Notes: generated by a model not told the origin, from the letters alone. Shown: positions 9,866-20,006, numbered from the stretch's first letter. The stretch: 64,000 nt of DNA from Candidatus Parcubacteria bacterium (GCA_026004535.1 BPJI01000001.1:324523-388522); one strand, 5' to 3'. Numbers and translations are program-made.

Positions 9866-12454
9866 ATGAACAAAAAAATACTTTTATTTACTTTAGTTTT
9901 AGGAGGTTTATTGCTCAGTTTTTTCTTTCTCTCTTTCTTTAAATCTACTTCTGCTCAAGTTTGTCTTCCTCTTAATGGTTATCTTGTTTGGCCAGGAACA
10001 TGGGAATCAGGCAGAATTCCTATGGCTTCAACACAACAATATACCTTATCAAGCTCTCCTTTTTATGTTTCTGGCAATAATGTTGGTTTAGGAACAACCA
10101 ATCCTGTCTATACTTTTCAAGTTAATGGAGATATTTCAGGAACAAGACTTTGTATTGGTAGTGATTGTCGTAATGTTTGGCCTGGTGGAGGAATTGCTGG
10201 TTCTGGTTCAGCTGGTCAAGTAGCTTTTTGGACAGGAACATCAAATATTTCAGGTGACAATGCTCTTTTTTGGGACAATATTAATAAAAGATTAGGAATT
10301 GGAACAATATCACCTCAGACATCTTTGCATGTTGCTGGTAATATCACTGCTAATACTTTTTTAGGTACAATCAATGCAGCTAATATTTCTTCAGGACAAT
10401 TTGGAGCAAATACAGGTGGAGGGAATTATAGTTTTCCTGGCAACGTCGGCATCGGGACGACGAATCCGACTGGAAAGCTACACGTCTATAATGGAAGTAC
10501 AGAATTAATGAAAGTTGTATCTGATGTGGATGTAGTTGGCATCGTGGTAGGACCAGCTATTGGTGGAAGACATTTAATAATTAATGATATTGCTCAAGCA
10601 AGATGGGCATTTGCAACTGGATATTATGATTTATCTATTCAAAATGATTATGGTGGAAGTTGGAATACTAGAATGATAATAACAGAAGACGGCAACGTCG
10701 GCATCGGGACGACGGCGCCCGGGGCGAAGTTGGATGTTGCTGGAAATATAAGCATTAGTGGTGTAGCTGATCTGGGTTTGGATGCAGGTGATGTAGCTGG
10801 CATAGTACCTTGGTATAGAGATATTTTTGCTTTCAAGACCCCAACTAACTTTGAATATTGGGATGGCACATCGTGGGTAGCATTTACTCCTACAAATCCT
10901 CAAGGAATGACTGCATGGGGAGCTGGATCTACAATCATACCGGCAGCAAATAAAGATAAGTTCAGGTTTATAATAGATACTGGTAATAGCGTTGGGTTAA
11001 GGGCAAACTTTCTTGTAGTTAGGGCTAGTGATTGTTGCCCGGGAAGTACTTATAAGGTTGAAGTTGAAGGTAGTAACGATCTAAGCACATGGAGTGGTGT
11101 TTTAACAAGTGGAAGCGGTTTTATGGGAGGCGCTCCAGACGCCCCAACAGTAATACCATTTTCAGGGGGCAACTATAGATATGCTAGGATAACCTTTACC
11201 AAACTTTCAGGTACAAGCACAAATGCATTTAGTATTTATGAATTGCATTTATTTAACAATTGGTCACCAGCTTATGCCAATCTTCCAATAAAATGGGATA
11301 CTAATGGCAACGTCGGCATCGGGACGACGGCGCCTTCTTATAAATTACATGTTCAAGGGGGAGATATTTATGCTTCCTCTTATGTAATAGGAGGGTTAGG
11401 ATTATGTATTGGGTATGATTGTCGAACTTCATGGCCACAAGGATTAACTGGAAGTGGAAGCTCTAACGCAATTGCTGTTTGGACAGGAAGTACAAGTTTG
11501 GGATCATCTATTATTTCTCAATCAGCTGGTAGTGTTAATATAGGTGGATCACTTAGTGTTTCAGGTTCTATTTCAGGTAACAGCGTTAGTGTTTCAGGTT
11601 CTGTTTCAGGTAACAGTGTTAGTGGTAATACATTATGTATTGGGTCTGATTGTCGAACTTCATGGCCACAAGGATTAACTGGGGGTGGAAGCTCTAACGC
11701 AATTGCTGTTTGGACAGGAAGTACAAGTTTGGGATCATCTATTATTTCTCAATCAGCTGGTAGTGTTAATATAGGTGGATCACTTAGTGTTTCAGGTAGT
11801 GGTATTTATACTTCAGGATCTGTTAGTGCATCGGGCGCTGTTAGTGGCAGTATGTTATGTATTGGGTCTGATTGTCGAACTTCATGGCCATCAGGATCAG
11901 GAGGATTAACTGGAAGTGGAAGCTCTACTGCAATTGCTGTTTGGACAGGAAGTACAAGTTTGGGATCATCTATTATTTCTCAATCAGCTGGTAGTGTTAA
12001 TATAGGTGGATCACTTAGTGTTTCAGGTTCTATTTCAGGTAACAGCGTTAGTGTTTCAGGTTCTGTTTCAGGTAACAGTGTTAGTGGTAATACATTATGT
12101 ATTGGGTCTGATTGTCGAACTTCATGGCCATCAGGATCAGGAGGATTAACTGGAAGTGGAAGCTCTAGTGCAATTGCTGTTTGGACAGGAAGTACAAGTT
12201 TGGGATCATCTATTATTTCTCAATCAGCTGGTAGTGTTAATATAAATGGGTCCCTTAGTGTTTCAAATTCTATTTCAGGTGGATCTATATGTATTGGATC
12301 TTCTTGCCGAAGTTCATGGCCCGTAGGATGTAGTTGGCAGGGTGTTAGTTGTAGTAATTATATTTATTTTAGTAACGGCAACGCTAGAGTGTGTATAGAG
12401 TGTCTTAATGGTGTTGTTACTAGTTTTTATATGGAGGGGGGAAGTCTGCCGTAG
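9866..12454 (+). CDS. large exported surface protein, paralogue of 6832 with an identical first about 190 aa; Ser/Gly-rich tandem repeats and a Cys-rich C-terminus
   Basis: The first about 570 nt are identical to 6832. Three copies of the GC-rich motif GGCAACGTCGGCATCGGGACGAC. Four to five tandem copies of about 234 bp (LCIGSDCRTSWP…SLSVSGSISGNSVSVSG). Ends …FYMEGGSLP*, with a frameshifted repeat of the tail downstream. Confidence 0.7.
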   Translation: MNKKILLFTLVLGGLLLSFFFLSFFKSTSAQVCLPLNGYLVWPGTWESGRIPMASTQQYTLSSSPFYVSGNNVGLGTTNPVYTFQVNGDISGTRLCIGSDCRNVWPGGGIAGSGSAGQVAFWTGTSNISGDNALFWDNINKRLGIGTISPQTSLHVAGNITANTFLGTINAANISSGQFGANTGGGNYSFPGNVGIGTTNPTGKLHVYNGSTELMKVVSDVDVVGIVVGPAIGGRHLIINDIAQARWAFATGYYDLSIQNDYGGSWNTRMIITEDGNVGIGTTAPGAKLDVAGNISISGVADLGLDAGDVAGIVPWYRDIFAFKTPTNFEYWDGTSWVAFTPTNPQGMTAWGAGSTIIPAANKDKFRFIIDTGNSVGLRANFLVVRASDCCPGSTYKVEVEGSNDLSTWSGVLTSGSGFMGGAPDAPTVIPFSGGNYRYARITFTKLSGTSTNAFSIYELHLFNNWSPAYANLPIKWDTNGNVGIGTTAPSYKLHVQGGDIYASSYVIGGLGLCIGYDCRTSWPQGLTGSGSSNAIAVWTGSTSLGSSIISQSAGSVNIGGSLSVSGSISGNSVSVSGSVSGNSVSGNTLCIGSDCRTSWPQGLTGGGSSNAIAVWTGSTSLGSSIISQSAGSVNIGGSLSVSGSGIYTSGSVSASGAVSGSMLCIGSDCRTSWPSGSGGLTGSGSSTAIAVWTGSTSLGSSIISQSAGSVNIGGSLSVSGSISGNSVSVSGSVSGNSVSGNTLCIGSDCRTSWPSGSGGLTGSGSSSAIAVWTGSTSLGSSIISQSAGSVNINGSLSVSNSISGGSICIGSSCRSSWPVGCSWQGVSCSNYIYFSNGNARVCIECLNGVVTSFYMEGGSLP
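11395..12330. repeat. about 234-bp near-identical tandem repeats (x about 4.5) inside the 9866 gene
   Basis: ttatgtattgggtctgattgtcgaacttcatggcca… recurs at about 11400, 11637, 11866, 12100 and 12290. Confidence 0.8.
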
Positions 12455-12862
12455 GATGTAATTGGTATGGTGATCTGTGTAGTGTTGATCTTCATATTGA
12501 TACTAATCCTAATGGTCCCGGTGGTGGTTTTAATATTAGAACATGTTTAGTTTGTAACCTTGGTCAAATTACGGATATTTTTATGGAGGGGGGAAGTGAA
12601 AATTAATATTTAAATAAATTATTAAAATCATAAAAAATTTATATTTATAAAAAATCGCGATCTTTCTTTATTGTTTATAAGTTTCAAAAAATTTTAAAAC
12701 AGCAATTTAATTAATTCTTTTTTATAAGATAAATTTTAATATTTTATTGTGATTTTTAAACAAATTTTCGGATTATTGGTTTTGTATATTATAATTATTT
12801 TTGTGAAAAATTTTTATTATTATTTTTTTGTTATTTATTATAATTTTGTTTTTTAGGTTAAA

Positions 12863-13297
12863 ATGAAAGCTTTTACTTTAACCGAAGTTTTAATTGTTTT
12901 TATTATTATTGGTTTTATTATTGGTTTTTCTTCTTATATTCATTCAAAATTTTCTCGAAGCACCTTAATAATTGATGAATCAGCCAGTTTAGTTGTTAAT
13001 GTTTTAAATTTAGCCAGACAGAAAGCAATTATTGGTGAAGAAAATGCTAATTGGGGAGTTTGGTTGATTAATACTTCAACTCAAGATTATTTTTATTTAT
13101 TTAGAGGAACAACGAGTAATTTAAAAGAAAGATATGAACTGCCTCAACAAGTGAGTTTTTTTGATTTTAGTGATAGGACAATAATTTTTCAAAAATTAAC
13201 AGGTGAAACAATCTCAACCACAATTAAGATTGGCTTTTCGCCAAGTTTTTATAAATTAATTAGGGTTTCAACTTCGGGGAGTATTATTGTTGAATAA
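12863..13297 (+). CDS. type IV pilin / pseudopilin (prepilin-type N-terminal cleavage-methylation domain)
   Basis: MKAFTLTEVLIVFIIIGFIIG: class III signal peptide with Glu at the fifth position of the presumed mature N-terminus (FTLTE). Confidence 0.7.
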   Translation: MKAFTLTEVLIVFIIIGFIIGFSSYIHSKFSRSTLIIDESASLVVNVLNLARQKAIIGEENANWGVWLINTSTQDYFYLFRGTTSNLKERYELPQQVSFFDFSDRTIIFQKLTGETISTTIKIGFSPSFYKLIRVSTSGSIIVE

Positions 13298-13299
13298 AT

Positions 13300-13660
13300 C
13301 GCTGAGAGCATTATTTTACCCGGATAAATACCGGATTATTTTACCCGGATAACCAACCGGATAATGTTTACCCGGATGAATACCGGATATTAAAATATCT
13401 ACCCGGATAGTCAACCTGATAGATCACCCGGATTATTACTGTATAAATCTGGTTTAAATCCGGGTAGTTATATCAGGTTAATATCCGGGGGATTATATCT
13501 GATTTAAATCCAGGTAACTTATCCGGTCATAATCCGGGTATTTGTATCCGCTTTGGATCAGGGTAGCTTATCCGGTTTAAATCCGGGTGCTATTATCCGG
13601 TTAATATCCGGGTAATTATATTTTCTCCTGCTGTCCGCGGTGAATAATTCTTCCGTGTTA
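13300..13660. repeat. CCGGAT-type periodic palindromic element (about 21-bp phasing), about 360 bp
   Basis: Left half is …tacccggataaataccggattattttacccggataacc…. Right half carries the reverse complements (…atccgggta…atccggt…). Right terminus is CTGCTGTCCGCGGT. Confidence 0.7.
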
Positions 13661-13671
13661 TAATTTTAATT

Positions 13672-14307
13672 ATGTTTTATTTACAAAAGGTTTCCCAATT
13701 TTTGCAATATGACATTTATTTTTTTATTTCTCTTTTCTTTTTAGTTATCACCACAATTTTAAAATTTAAGACGTACGACGTCTTAAAATTGATTAGGATA
13801 TTGATGGTAGTAACGATTTTAGTCTTTATTTTATGGTCAGGCTTTTTAAGTTATAAACAATATTTGGTTTGGAAAGATCACCCTTTATCTAAATATCTTT
13901 TGCCCCCTTATCAAGAAATAAATTATTATCTAAATTATGCCTATTTTCATTTTTGGCGAGATTTTTTTTATCGTTTAATTGGTGTTTTGATTATTTTTTT
14001 ACTGATGAAATTTATAAGTTTTGTTTTTAAAAGAGATGTTTTTTATGAAGAAGAAAAAATTTTTGTTCCTTATCTTTCTTTATTTTTCTTTTTTCCTTAC
14101 AATCTAATGTTTTTCTTTTTAGGCCTTTTTATGTTAAACTTAATAATAGTAATTTCAGCTTTCAGGGGTCAGGGATCAGGTGTCAAGTTTCAGGTGTCAG
14201 AGACGAGGTTTTCTTTTAAAGATTATTGGATTTGGCTGGCTTGGTTGATATTAATTCTAGCACCACTAATTTTTAATAATTATAAGTTTTTACAATATAA
14301 ACCTTAA
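13672..14307 (+). CDS. hypothetical polytopic membrane protein (in the pilus gene cluster)
   Basis: 211 aa with several hydrophobic helices. Carries an in-frame palindromic repeat at 13767-13785. The C-terminus reads through a GGGTCAGG-type periodic repeat. Confidence 0.45.
   Translation: MFYLQKVSQFLQYDIYFFISLFFLVITTILKFKTYDVLKLIRILMVVTILVFILWSGFLSYKQYLVWKDHPLSKYLLPPYQEINYYLNYAYFHFWRDFFYRLIGVLIIFLLMKFISFVFKRDVFYEEEKIFVPYLSLFFFFPYNLMFFFLGLFMLNLIIVISAFRGQGSGVKFQVSETRFSFKDYWIWLAWLILILAPLIFNNYKFLQYKP
13767..13785. repeat. palindromic hairpin repeat TAAGACGTACGACGTCTTA inside a CDS
   Basis: Exact copy, translated in-frame (…FKTYDVLKL…). Confidence 0.7.
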
Positions 14308-16004
14308 TGATTTTACCAGAAGAGGAAATAAAAAATATTTTAATAAAAAGAGGGTTGATTGATGAAACTGTTTGGGAAGAAGCAAAAAAAGATGCCGAGA
14401 AATTAAATTTAACGACTATTGAAATTCTAATTAATCGTAAGATCATTGACCTAGAATTTTTTTACAACGTTTTAGCCGAAGAACTAAAAGTCCAACGAGC
14501 TCCACTTAAAGGAGTAAATATTCAGCCATCTGTTTTAGCTTTGGTTCCTGAGAAGATTGCCTTTGAAAAAAAACTAATCCCTTTCGCTTTAGAGAATAAT
14601 ATTTTAAAAGTTGCTATGGTGAATCCTCTTGATATCGAGACAATTAATATTTTAGAGGAAATCGCTAGTCATCAAATAGAGCCTTATCTAGCCACACCTC
14701 AAGAAATCCAATATGCTCTAGTTAATTATCAAAAACTCTATAAGGAAGAATATGAAAGATTGCTTAAGTCAGAAATTCCTCAGGTTACTACTTTAGCAAC
14801 TGAAACCAATGTTGTTCGTTTAGTTGATAATATTTTGGGTTACGCAATTAGTACTAATGCTTCAGATATTCATATTGAAGCCTTGGAAGAAGAAACTCTA
14901 ATTCGTTTTCGAATTGATGGTATTTTAAGAGAGATGATGAAATTGCCTAAAAGTTTGTTAGATCCGATTATTGCTAGAATTAAGGTTTTAAGTAATTTGC
15001 CTTTAGATGAACATTTTCGACCTTTAGATGGAAGATTTAAAGCTAAGGTTGGTGATTTTGAATTTGATATGAGGGTAGCAATTATGCCAACAATTTATGG
15101 CGAGAAGGCTGTTTTAAGGGTTTTGGCTGGGGCAATCAAGCCAACATCTTTAGAAGAATTGGGGGTAAATGAAGAAATTGAAAAAATAATTATGGCAGCA
15201 ATCAGAAAAACTTTCGGGATGATTTTGGTTACTGGTCCGACCGGAAGTGGTAAAACAACAACTTTATATACTATTATCAATATCTTAAATAATCCAGGAG
15301 TTAATATAGTTACGATTGAAGATCCAGTTGAATACGCCATTCCAAGAGTTAATCAAACCCAGGTTAATTTAAAAGTTGATTTGAATTTTGCCACTGCTTT
15401 AAGAGCATTTTTAAGGCAGGACCCAGATATTATAATGGTTGGCGAAATTAGAGATAATGAAACTGCTGAAGTTGCGGCTAATGCTGCTCTAACTGGTCAT
15501 TTGGTTCTTTCGACTTTGCACACCAATGATGCACCAACTGCTGTCCCGAGATTGGTTGAATTAGGGGTACTTCCTTATTTAGTTGCTGATAGTGTTATTT
15601 TGACAATGGCTCAAAGATTAGTCAGAAAAATTTGTCTTAATTGCATAGTTTCTGAAGAAATAACTCCAGCTCAAAAGCAAATAATTTTAGAGCAATTAAG
15701 ATACTTAAAAATTCCTGAAGAAGAAATTAGAGCTTACGAAGAAAGATTGCCCCAGTTTATTTATCGAGGCAAGGGTTGTTCAATTTGTGGCAATACTGGT
15801 TATGTAGGTCGAACTGGTATATTTGAAGCAATGATGATGAACGATGAATTAAAATATATGATTGCCAGCAGAGAATTAAATTCAGAAAAAATAAAACAAA
15901 TTGCCAGAAAGTCTGGTTATCGAACAATGTTTGAAGATGCTTTAGATAAAATTTCTGTCGGTATAACAACAATTGAGGAAGCATTAAGAGTTATTAGGGA
16001 ATAA
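14307..16004 (+). CDS. pilB: type IV pilus assembly ATPase (GspE/PilB family)
   Basis: N-terminal GSPII_E_N-like region, Walker A VTGPTGSGKTTTLYTII, motifs …MVGEIRDNETA… and the C-terminal CxxC…CxxC. Confidence 0.9.
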   Translation: MILPEEEIKNILIKRGLIDETVWEEAKKDAEKLNLTTIEILINRKIIDLEFFYNVLAEELKVQRAPLKGVNIQPSVLALVPEKIAFEKKLIPFALENNILKVAMVNPLDIETINILEEIASHQIEPYLATPQEIQYALVNYQKLYKEEYERLLKSEIPQVTTLATETNVVRLVDNILGYAISTNASDIHIEALEEETLIRFRIDGILREMMKLPKSLLDPIIARIKVLSNLPLDEHFRPLDGRFKAKVGDFEFDMRVAIMPTIYGEKAVLRVLAGAIKPTSLEELGVNEEIEKIIMAAIRKTFGMILVTGPTGSGKTTTLYTIINILNNPGVNIVTIEDPVEYAIPRVNQTQVNLKVDLNFATALRAFLRQDPDIIMVGEIRDNETAEVAANAALTGHLVLSTLHTNDAPTAVPRLVELGVLPYLVADSVILTMAQRLVRKICLNCIVSEEITPAQKQIILEQLRYLKIPEEEIRAYEERLPQFIYRGKGCSICGNTGYVGRTGIFEAMMMNDELKYMIASRELNSEKIKQIARKSGYRTMFEDALDKISVGITTIEEALRVIRE

Positions 16005-16013
16005 GAGATTAAA

Positions 16014-17261
16014 ATGACTGTTTATCATTATAAAGCTTATGATTATAAAGGTAAGTTACATACTGGTAATTTATTTGTTCCATCCGAAGAAGAAGCAATT
16101 GCTTTTTTGCTGAGAAATAATTTGACACCAATTGAAGTTAAATTAGTGCCACAAAGTCTGTTTAGGCAGTTTTTATTAAAATTATTTTTTCGTATAACTT
16201 TTTCTCAAAAATTATATTTACTCAGAAGCTTATATTTAATTTTAAAATCAGGGCTTACCTTAGATAAGGGTTTAGAGGTTTTAATCAGAGAAGCAAAGGG
16301 TGGAGTCAAAGATTTTCTTTTTTATTTAGATTACAATTTGCAAAGAGGTGAGCCAGTTTATCGAACTTTTGCTGCTTTCCCTCAATTTTTTTCTCAAGTT
16401 GAAGTTGAGACGATTAGGGCTGGTGAGATTTCTGGTAATTTAGTTGGTAACTTAGAGAAATTGGCCGAAAATTTAGAAAGGCAAAGAGAGATTAAAAATG
16501 AAATAATTTCTAATATTATCTATCCAGCCATTGTTTTGGGTTTAGCTTTTGGTGTTATTATTCTTTTGATCACCTTTGTTATGCCACGAATTAGTGTTTT
16601 ACTTACTCAATTAACATCAAAACCTCCTTTGCTTACCCGCATTTTAATTGGCGCCAGTACCTTTGTTAATAATAATCTTTCTTTAGTTACTACAATATTG
16701 ATTTTAATTATTTTGACTTTTATTTTTGTGGTTTCGCTCAAAAAAACTCGAAAAATATTATTTAAATTTTTAATAAGACTTCCGGTTCTATCTAATCTTT
16801 ATTATGCCTTAGCTTTGAGTCAATCATTTTTTATTTTAAGATCTTTATTGAGTTCTGGTTTAAATCTAACTCAATCTTTAAAATTGGCTGCTGATGCTAG
16901 TTTTCATCCATATATTCGCGAAAGTTTTTATGATGTTGAAAAAGAATTAAGGGCAGGGAAAAAATTAGGTGATGCCCTTTTGTTACAGGAAAAAATTCCT
17001 GTTTTTGTCAGTAGTATTTTAAGTGTTGCTTCAGAAGCTGGATTTTTGGAAGAAACATTAAGAATAATGGAAAATTATTATCTAGAAGAATTTCGAGCAA
17101 CAGTTAGAAACTTTTTGAATTTACTTCAGCCAGCACTTTTAATTTTTGTCGGCGGTATTGTTGGTTTTGTGGCGATTGCTGTTTTGGTTCCTATTTATCA
17201 ACAAATTTCTCAACAGCTTCAGTTTCAAGAAGGTCGCGGTCAAATACCCGGAGAATTATAA
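16014..17261 (+). CDS. pilC: type IV pilus inner-membrane platform protein (GspF/PilC family)
   Basis: 415 aa with two repeated GspF-like domains and three TM segments; canonical position after pilB. Confidence 0.85.
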   Translation: MTVYHYKAYDYKGKLHTGNLFVPSEEEAIAFLLRNNLTPIEVKLVPQSLFRQFLLKLFFRITFSQKLYLLRSLYLILKSGLTLDKGLEVLIREAKGGVKDFLFYLDYNLQRGEPVYRTFAAFPQFFSQVEVETIRAGEISGNLVGNLEKLAENLERQREIKNEIISNIIYPAIVLGLAFGVIILLITFVMPRISVLLTQLTSKPPLLTRILIGASTFVNNNLSLVTTILILIILTFIFVVSLKKTRKILFKFLIRLPVLSNLYYALALSQSFFILRSLLSSGLNLTQSLKLAADASFHPYIRESFYDVEKELRAGKKLGDALLLQEKIPVFVSSILSVASEAGFLEETLRIMENYYLEEFRATVRNFLNLLQPALLIFVGGIVGFVAIAVLVPIYQQISQQLQFQEGRGQIPGEL

Positions 17262-18670
17262 TGAATTTTTATCCTGAAAAAGTTCCAGCCAAAACTAATA
17301 TTGATTTTTTTATCAATAATTTTTCTAAATTTTTAAAAAATAAAAAAAGGGTTTGGCTAATTGGTCGAATAATGGCTGTCCGTGAGCATGGAAAAATAAC
17401 TTTCTTAAAACTTCAGGATTTTTATGGTTCAATTCAGATTATTTTAAAAGAAAATGCCGTTAAAGATTATCAAGGGTTTTTGGATTTAGTTAAAATTGGC
17501 GATTTTTTTGCCTTTTATGGTTACGCTTTTTTGCCTCGGACTAAAGAGAAAAGTTTGTTAGCGGAAAAGTGGCTTTTAGCAGCAAAATCAATTAAAAATT
17601 TTCCTAAAGAATACTACAAAGTCAGAGACGAAGAACTTTTGGTGCGCGAACCATATTTAAAAACAATTTTTTATCCTGAAGAAAAAGAAACTTTTTATTT
17701 AAGATTTAAATTGATTGAGGAATTAAGAAAAATTTTATGGAGCGAAGGATTTTTAGAAGTTGAAACTCCAATTTTACAAACTCATTATGGTGGTGCTTTG
17801 GCTCGTCCGTTTGTGACTTATTTAGAGGCAATGAAAGAGCCATTGTATTTAAGAATTGCTCCAGAGATTTATTTGAAGAAAATGTTAGTTGGTGGTTTTG
17901 AGAAAATTTTTGAAATTGGCAAAGATTTCAGAAATGAAGGGATCGATAAAGAACATAATCCTGAATTTACAATGATGGAACTTTATTGGGCTTATCAAGA
18001 TAGGGAAGGCTTGATGAAGTTTACTGAAAGAATTATTAAAGAGCTAGTGAAAAGATATAAAAGTTTAAAAGGTGAAAAGGGTTTGAAAATTATTTTTCAA
18101 GATAAAGTAATTGATTTGAGTAAAAAATGGCAAGCTTATAAATACATTGAGCTTTTAAAAAAGGAAACTGGTTTAGATTATTTTGGAAATAGTTTAGATG
18201 ACTTTTTGAAATTAGCCAAGGAGAAAAATATTGAATTTAATCCCAAAATAATTACTAAAGGTAAAATTGTTGATGAAATTTTTAAGAAATTAATTCGACC
18301 AAAATTAATTCAGCCAACATTTTTAATTGATCATCCTAAAGAGATTTCTCCTTTGGCTAAATCACACCCAGACGATCCGAGGTTGACTTTAAGATTTCAA
18401 ATTTATTTAGCTGGTTTTGAAATTGCTAACGCTTTTGCCGAATTAAATGATCCTGTTGATCAAAAACAAAGATTTGAAGAATCAGTTAAGGAATTAAAAA
18501 AAGGAGATGTTGAAGCTCACCCCTATGATGAGACTTTTATTTCTGCTTTAGAATATGGTATGCCTCCAACTGCTGGTTTAGGCATAGGCATTGACAGACT
18601 TTTGACAATAATTTTAAATAAAAGATCAATTCAGGATATAATCTATTTTCCATTCGTCAAGAGAAAATAA
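17261..18670 (+). CDS. lysS: lysyl-tRNA synthetase (class II)
   Basis: FRNEGIDKEHNPEFTMMELYWAY, FEIANAFAELNDPVDQ and GMPPTAGLGIGIDRL. Confidence 0.85.
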   Translation: MNFYPEKVPAKTNIDFFINNFSKFLKNKKRVWLIGRIMAVREHGKITFLKLQDFYGSIQIILKENAVKDYQGFLDLVKIGDFFAFYGYAFLPRTKEKSLLAEKWLLAAKSIKNFPKEYYKVRDEELLVREPYLKTIFYPEEKETFYLRFKLIEELRKILWSEGFLEVETPILQTHYGGALARPFVTYLEAMKEPLYLRIAPEIYLKKMLVGGFEKIFEIGKDFRNEGIDKEHNPEFTMMELYWAYQDREGLMKFTERIIKELVKRYKSLKGEKGLKIIFQDKVIDLSKKWQAYKYIELLKKETGLDYFGNSLDDFLKLAKEKNIEFNPKIITKGKIVDEIFKKLIRPKLIQPTFLIDHPKEISPLAKSHPDDPRLTLRFQIYLAGFEIANAFAELNDPVDQKQRFEESVKELKKGDVEAHPYDETFISALEYGMPPTAGLGIGIDRLLTIILNKRSIQDIIYFPFVKRK

Positions 18671-18700
18671 AAGTAAAAATTATAATAAAATTAAAATTAG

Positions 18701-19996
18701 ATGATGAAATCAGAGGAGATAAGAAAATTATTTTTAGATTATTTTAAAGCAAGAGGACATAAAATTTTGCCTTCATCGTCATTAATTCCAATTGATGATC
18801 ATTCAGTTTTATTAACTACTGCTGGAATGCAACAGTTTAAAAAATATTATACTCGCGAAAAAGATCCGATTAAAGATTTTGGTACTCAAAGAACAGCAAC
18901 AATTCAAAAATGTTTTCGTACCACCGACATTGAGGAAATTGGTGACGAAACTCATTTAACTTTTTTCGAAATGCTAGGTAATTTTTCTTTTGGTCCTGTT
19001 GGCAAAGATGATCCTCAAAATTTTGGCAGTGATGGTTATTTTAAACGAGCAGCAATCTATTGGGCTTATGAATTTATTAAAAATTTAGATTTGGAAATTG
19101 ATTATGTAACTGTTTTTGGTGGAGAGAGAGATGTACCTTTTGATGAAGAAAGCTATAAGATTTGGAAAGAAGTTGGTTTCTCTGAAGAAAAAATTTTAAA
19201 AAAGGGCAGGGAAGATAATTTTTGGGGGCCAACAGGAGACGAAGGTCCTTGCGGTCCGACAACTGAAATTTATGTGAATAATGTCGAAATTTGGAACTTA
19301 GTTTTTAATGAATATTATCAAGATAAAAATGGAAATTTAAAAAAATTAGAATTTCCTGGAGTTGATACGGGGATGGGATTTGAAAGATTGATGAAAGTTT
19401 CGCAAAATGTACCAACAATTTTTGAAACTGATTTTTTTCAACCGTTAAAAGAAGTTTTGGATCAATTAACAAACAAAGATGATATTCGAAGAAAAAGAAT
19501 AGTTTTAGATCATATTCGGGGGAGTGTTTTTTTGATTGCTGATGGTCTTTATCCCTCAAATTTAGAGAGAGGCTATGTTTTAAGAAGAATTTTAAGAAGA
19601 TTAACTTTGAATTTAAAATTTTTAGATATCAAGATTGAAAAGATTGAAAATATGATTAAAGCAGTTATTGAAAAATATTCTCCTTTTTATCCAGAACTAA
19701 AAAATTATGATAAAATAAAAACAGTAATTTTTGAAGAAATTATAAATTTTGAAAGGACTTTAAACATTGGCTTGAGAGAATTTGAAAAAACAATTAAGGG
19801 AAATGAAAATGATGAAATTTTAGCTGAAAAATTGTTTTTGCTTTATACGTCTTATGGTTTGCCATTAGAAATTAGTAAAGAACTATTAAAAGATAATGGT
19901 CTTGGTTGGACTGAGAAATCTCAGCAAGTTTTTGATGAATTATTTAAAAAACACCAAGAAATATCAAAGGGTAGAATTAGCGAGTTAGCGAGTTAA
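18701..19996 (+). CDS. alaS: alanyl-tRNA synthetase, catalytic N-terminal domain only (431 aa; no editing or C-Ala domains in this ORF)
   Basis: …SSSLIPIDDHSVLLTTAGMQQFK…, …CFRTTDIEEIGDETHLTFFEMLGNFSFG…, …WGPTGDEGPCGPTTEIY…. Confidence 0.75.
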   Translation: MMKSEEIRKLFLDYFKARGHKILPSSSLIPIDDHSVLLTTAGMQQFKKYYTREKDPIKDFGTQRTATIQKCFRTTDIEEIGDETHLTFFEMLGNFSFGPVGKDDPQNFGSDGYFKRAAIYWAYEFIKNLDLEIDYVTVFGGERDVPFDEESYKIWKEVGFSEEKILKKGREDNFWGPTGDEGPCGPTTEIYVNNVEIWNLVFNEYYQDKNGNLKKLEFPGVDTGMGFERLMKVSQNVPTIFETDFFQPLKEVLDQLTNKDDIRRKRIVLDHIRGSVFLIADGLYPSNLERGYVLRRILRRLTLNLKFLDIKIEKIENMIKAVIEKYSPFYPELKNYDKIKTVIFEEIINFERTLNIGLREFEKTIKGNENDEILAEKLFLLYTSYGLPLEISKELLKDNGLGWTEKSQQVFDELFKKHQEISKGRISELAS

Positions 19997-20006
19997 CGAG
20001 TTAATA

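Noticed and set aside
8693-10903. Antisense ORFs 8693..8983(-), 10631..10903(-) and 10648..10869(-)
   Set aside because: They lie opposite well-supported long coding regions and have low-complexity translations.
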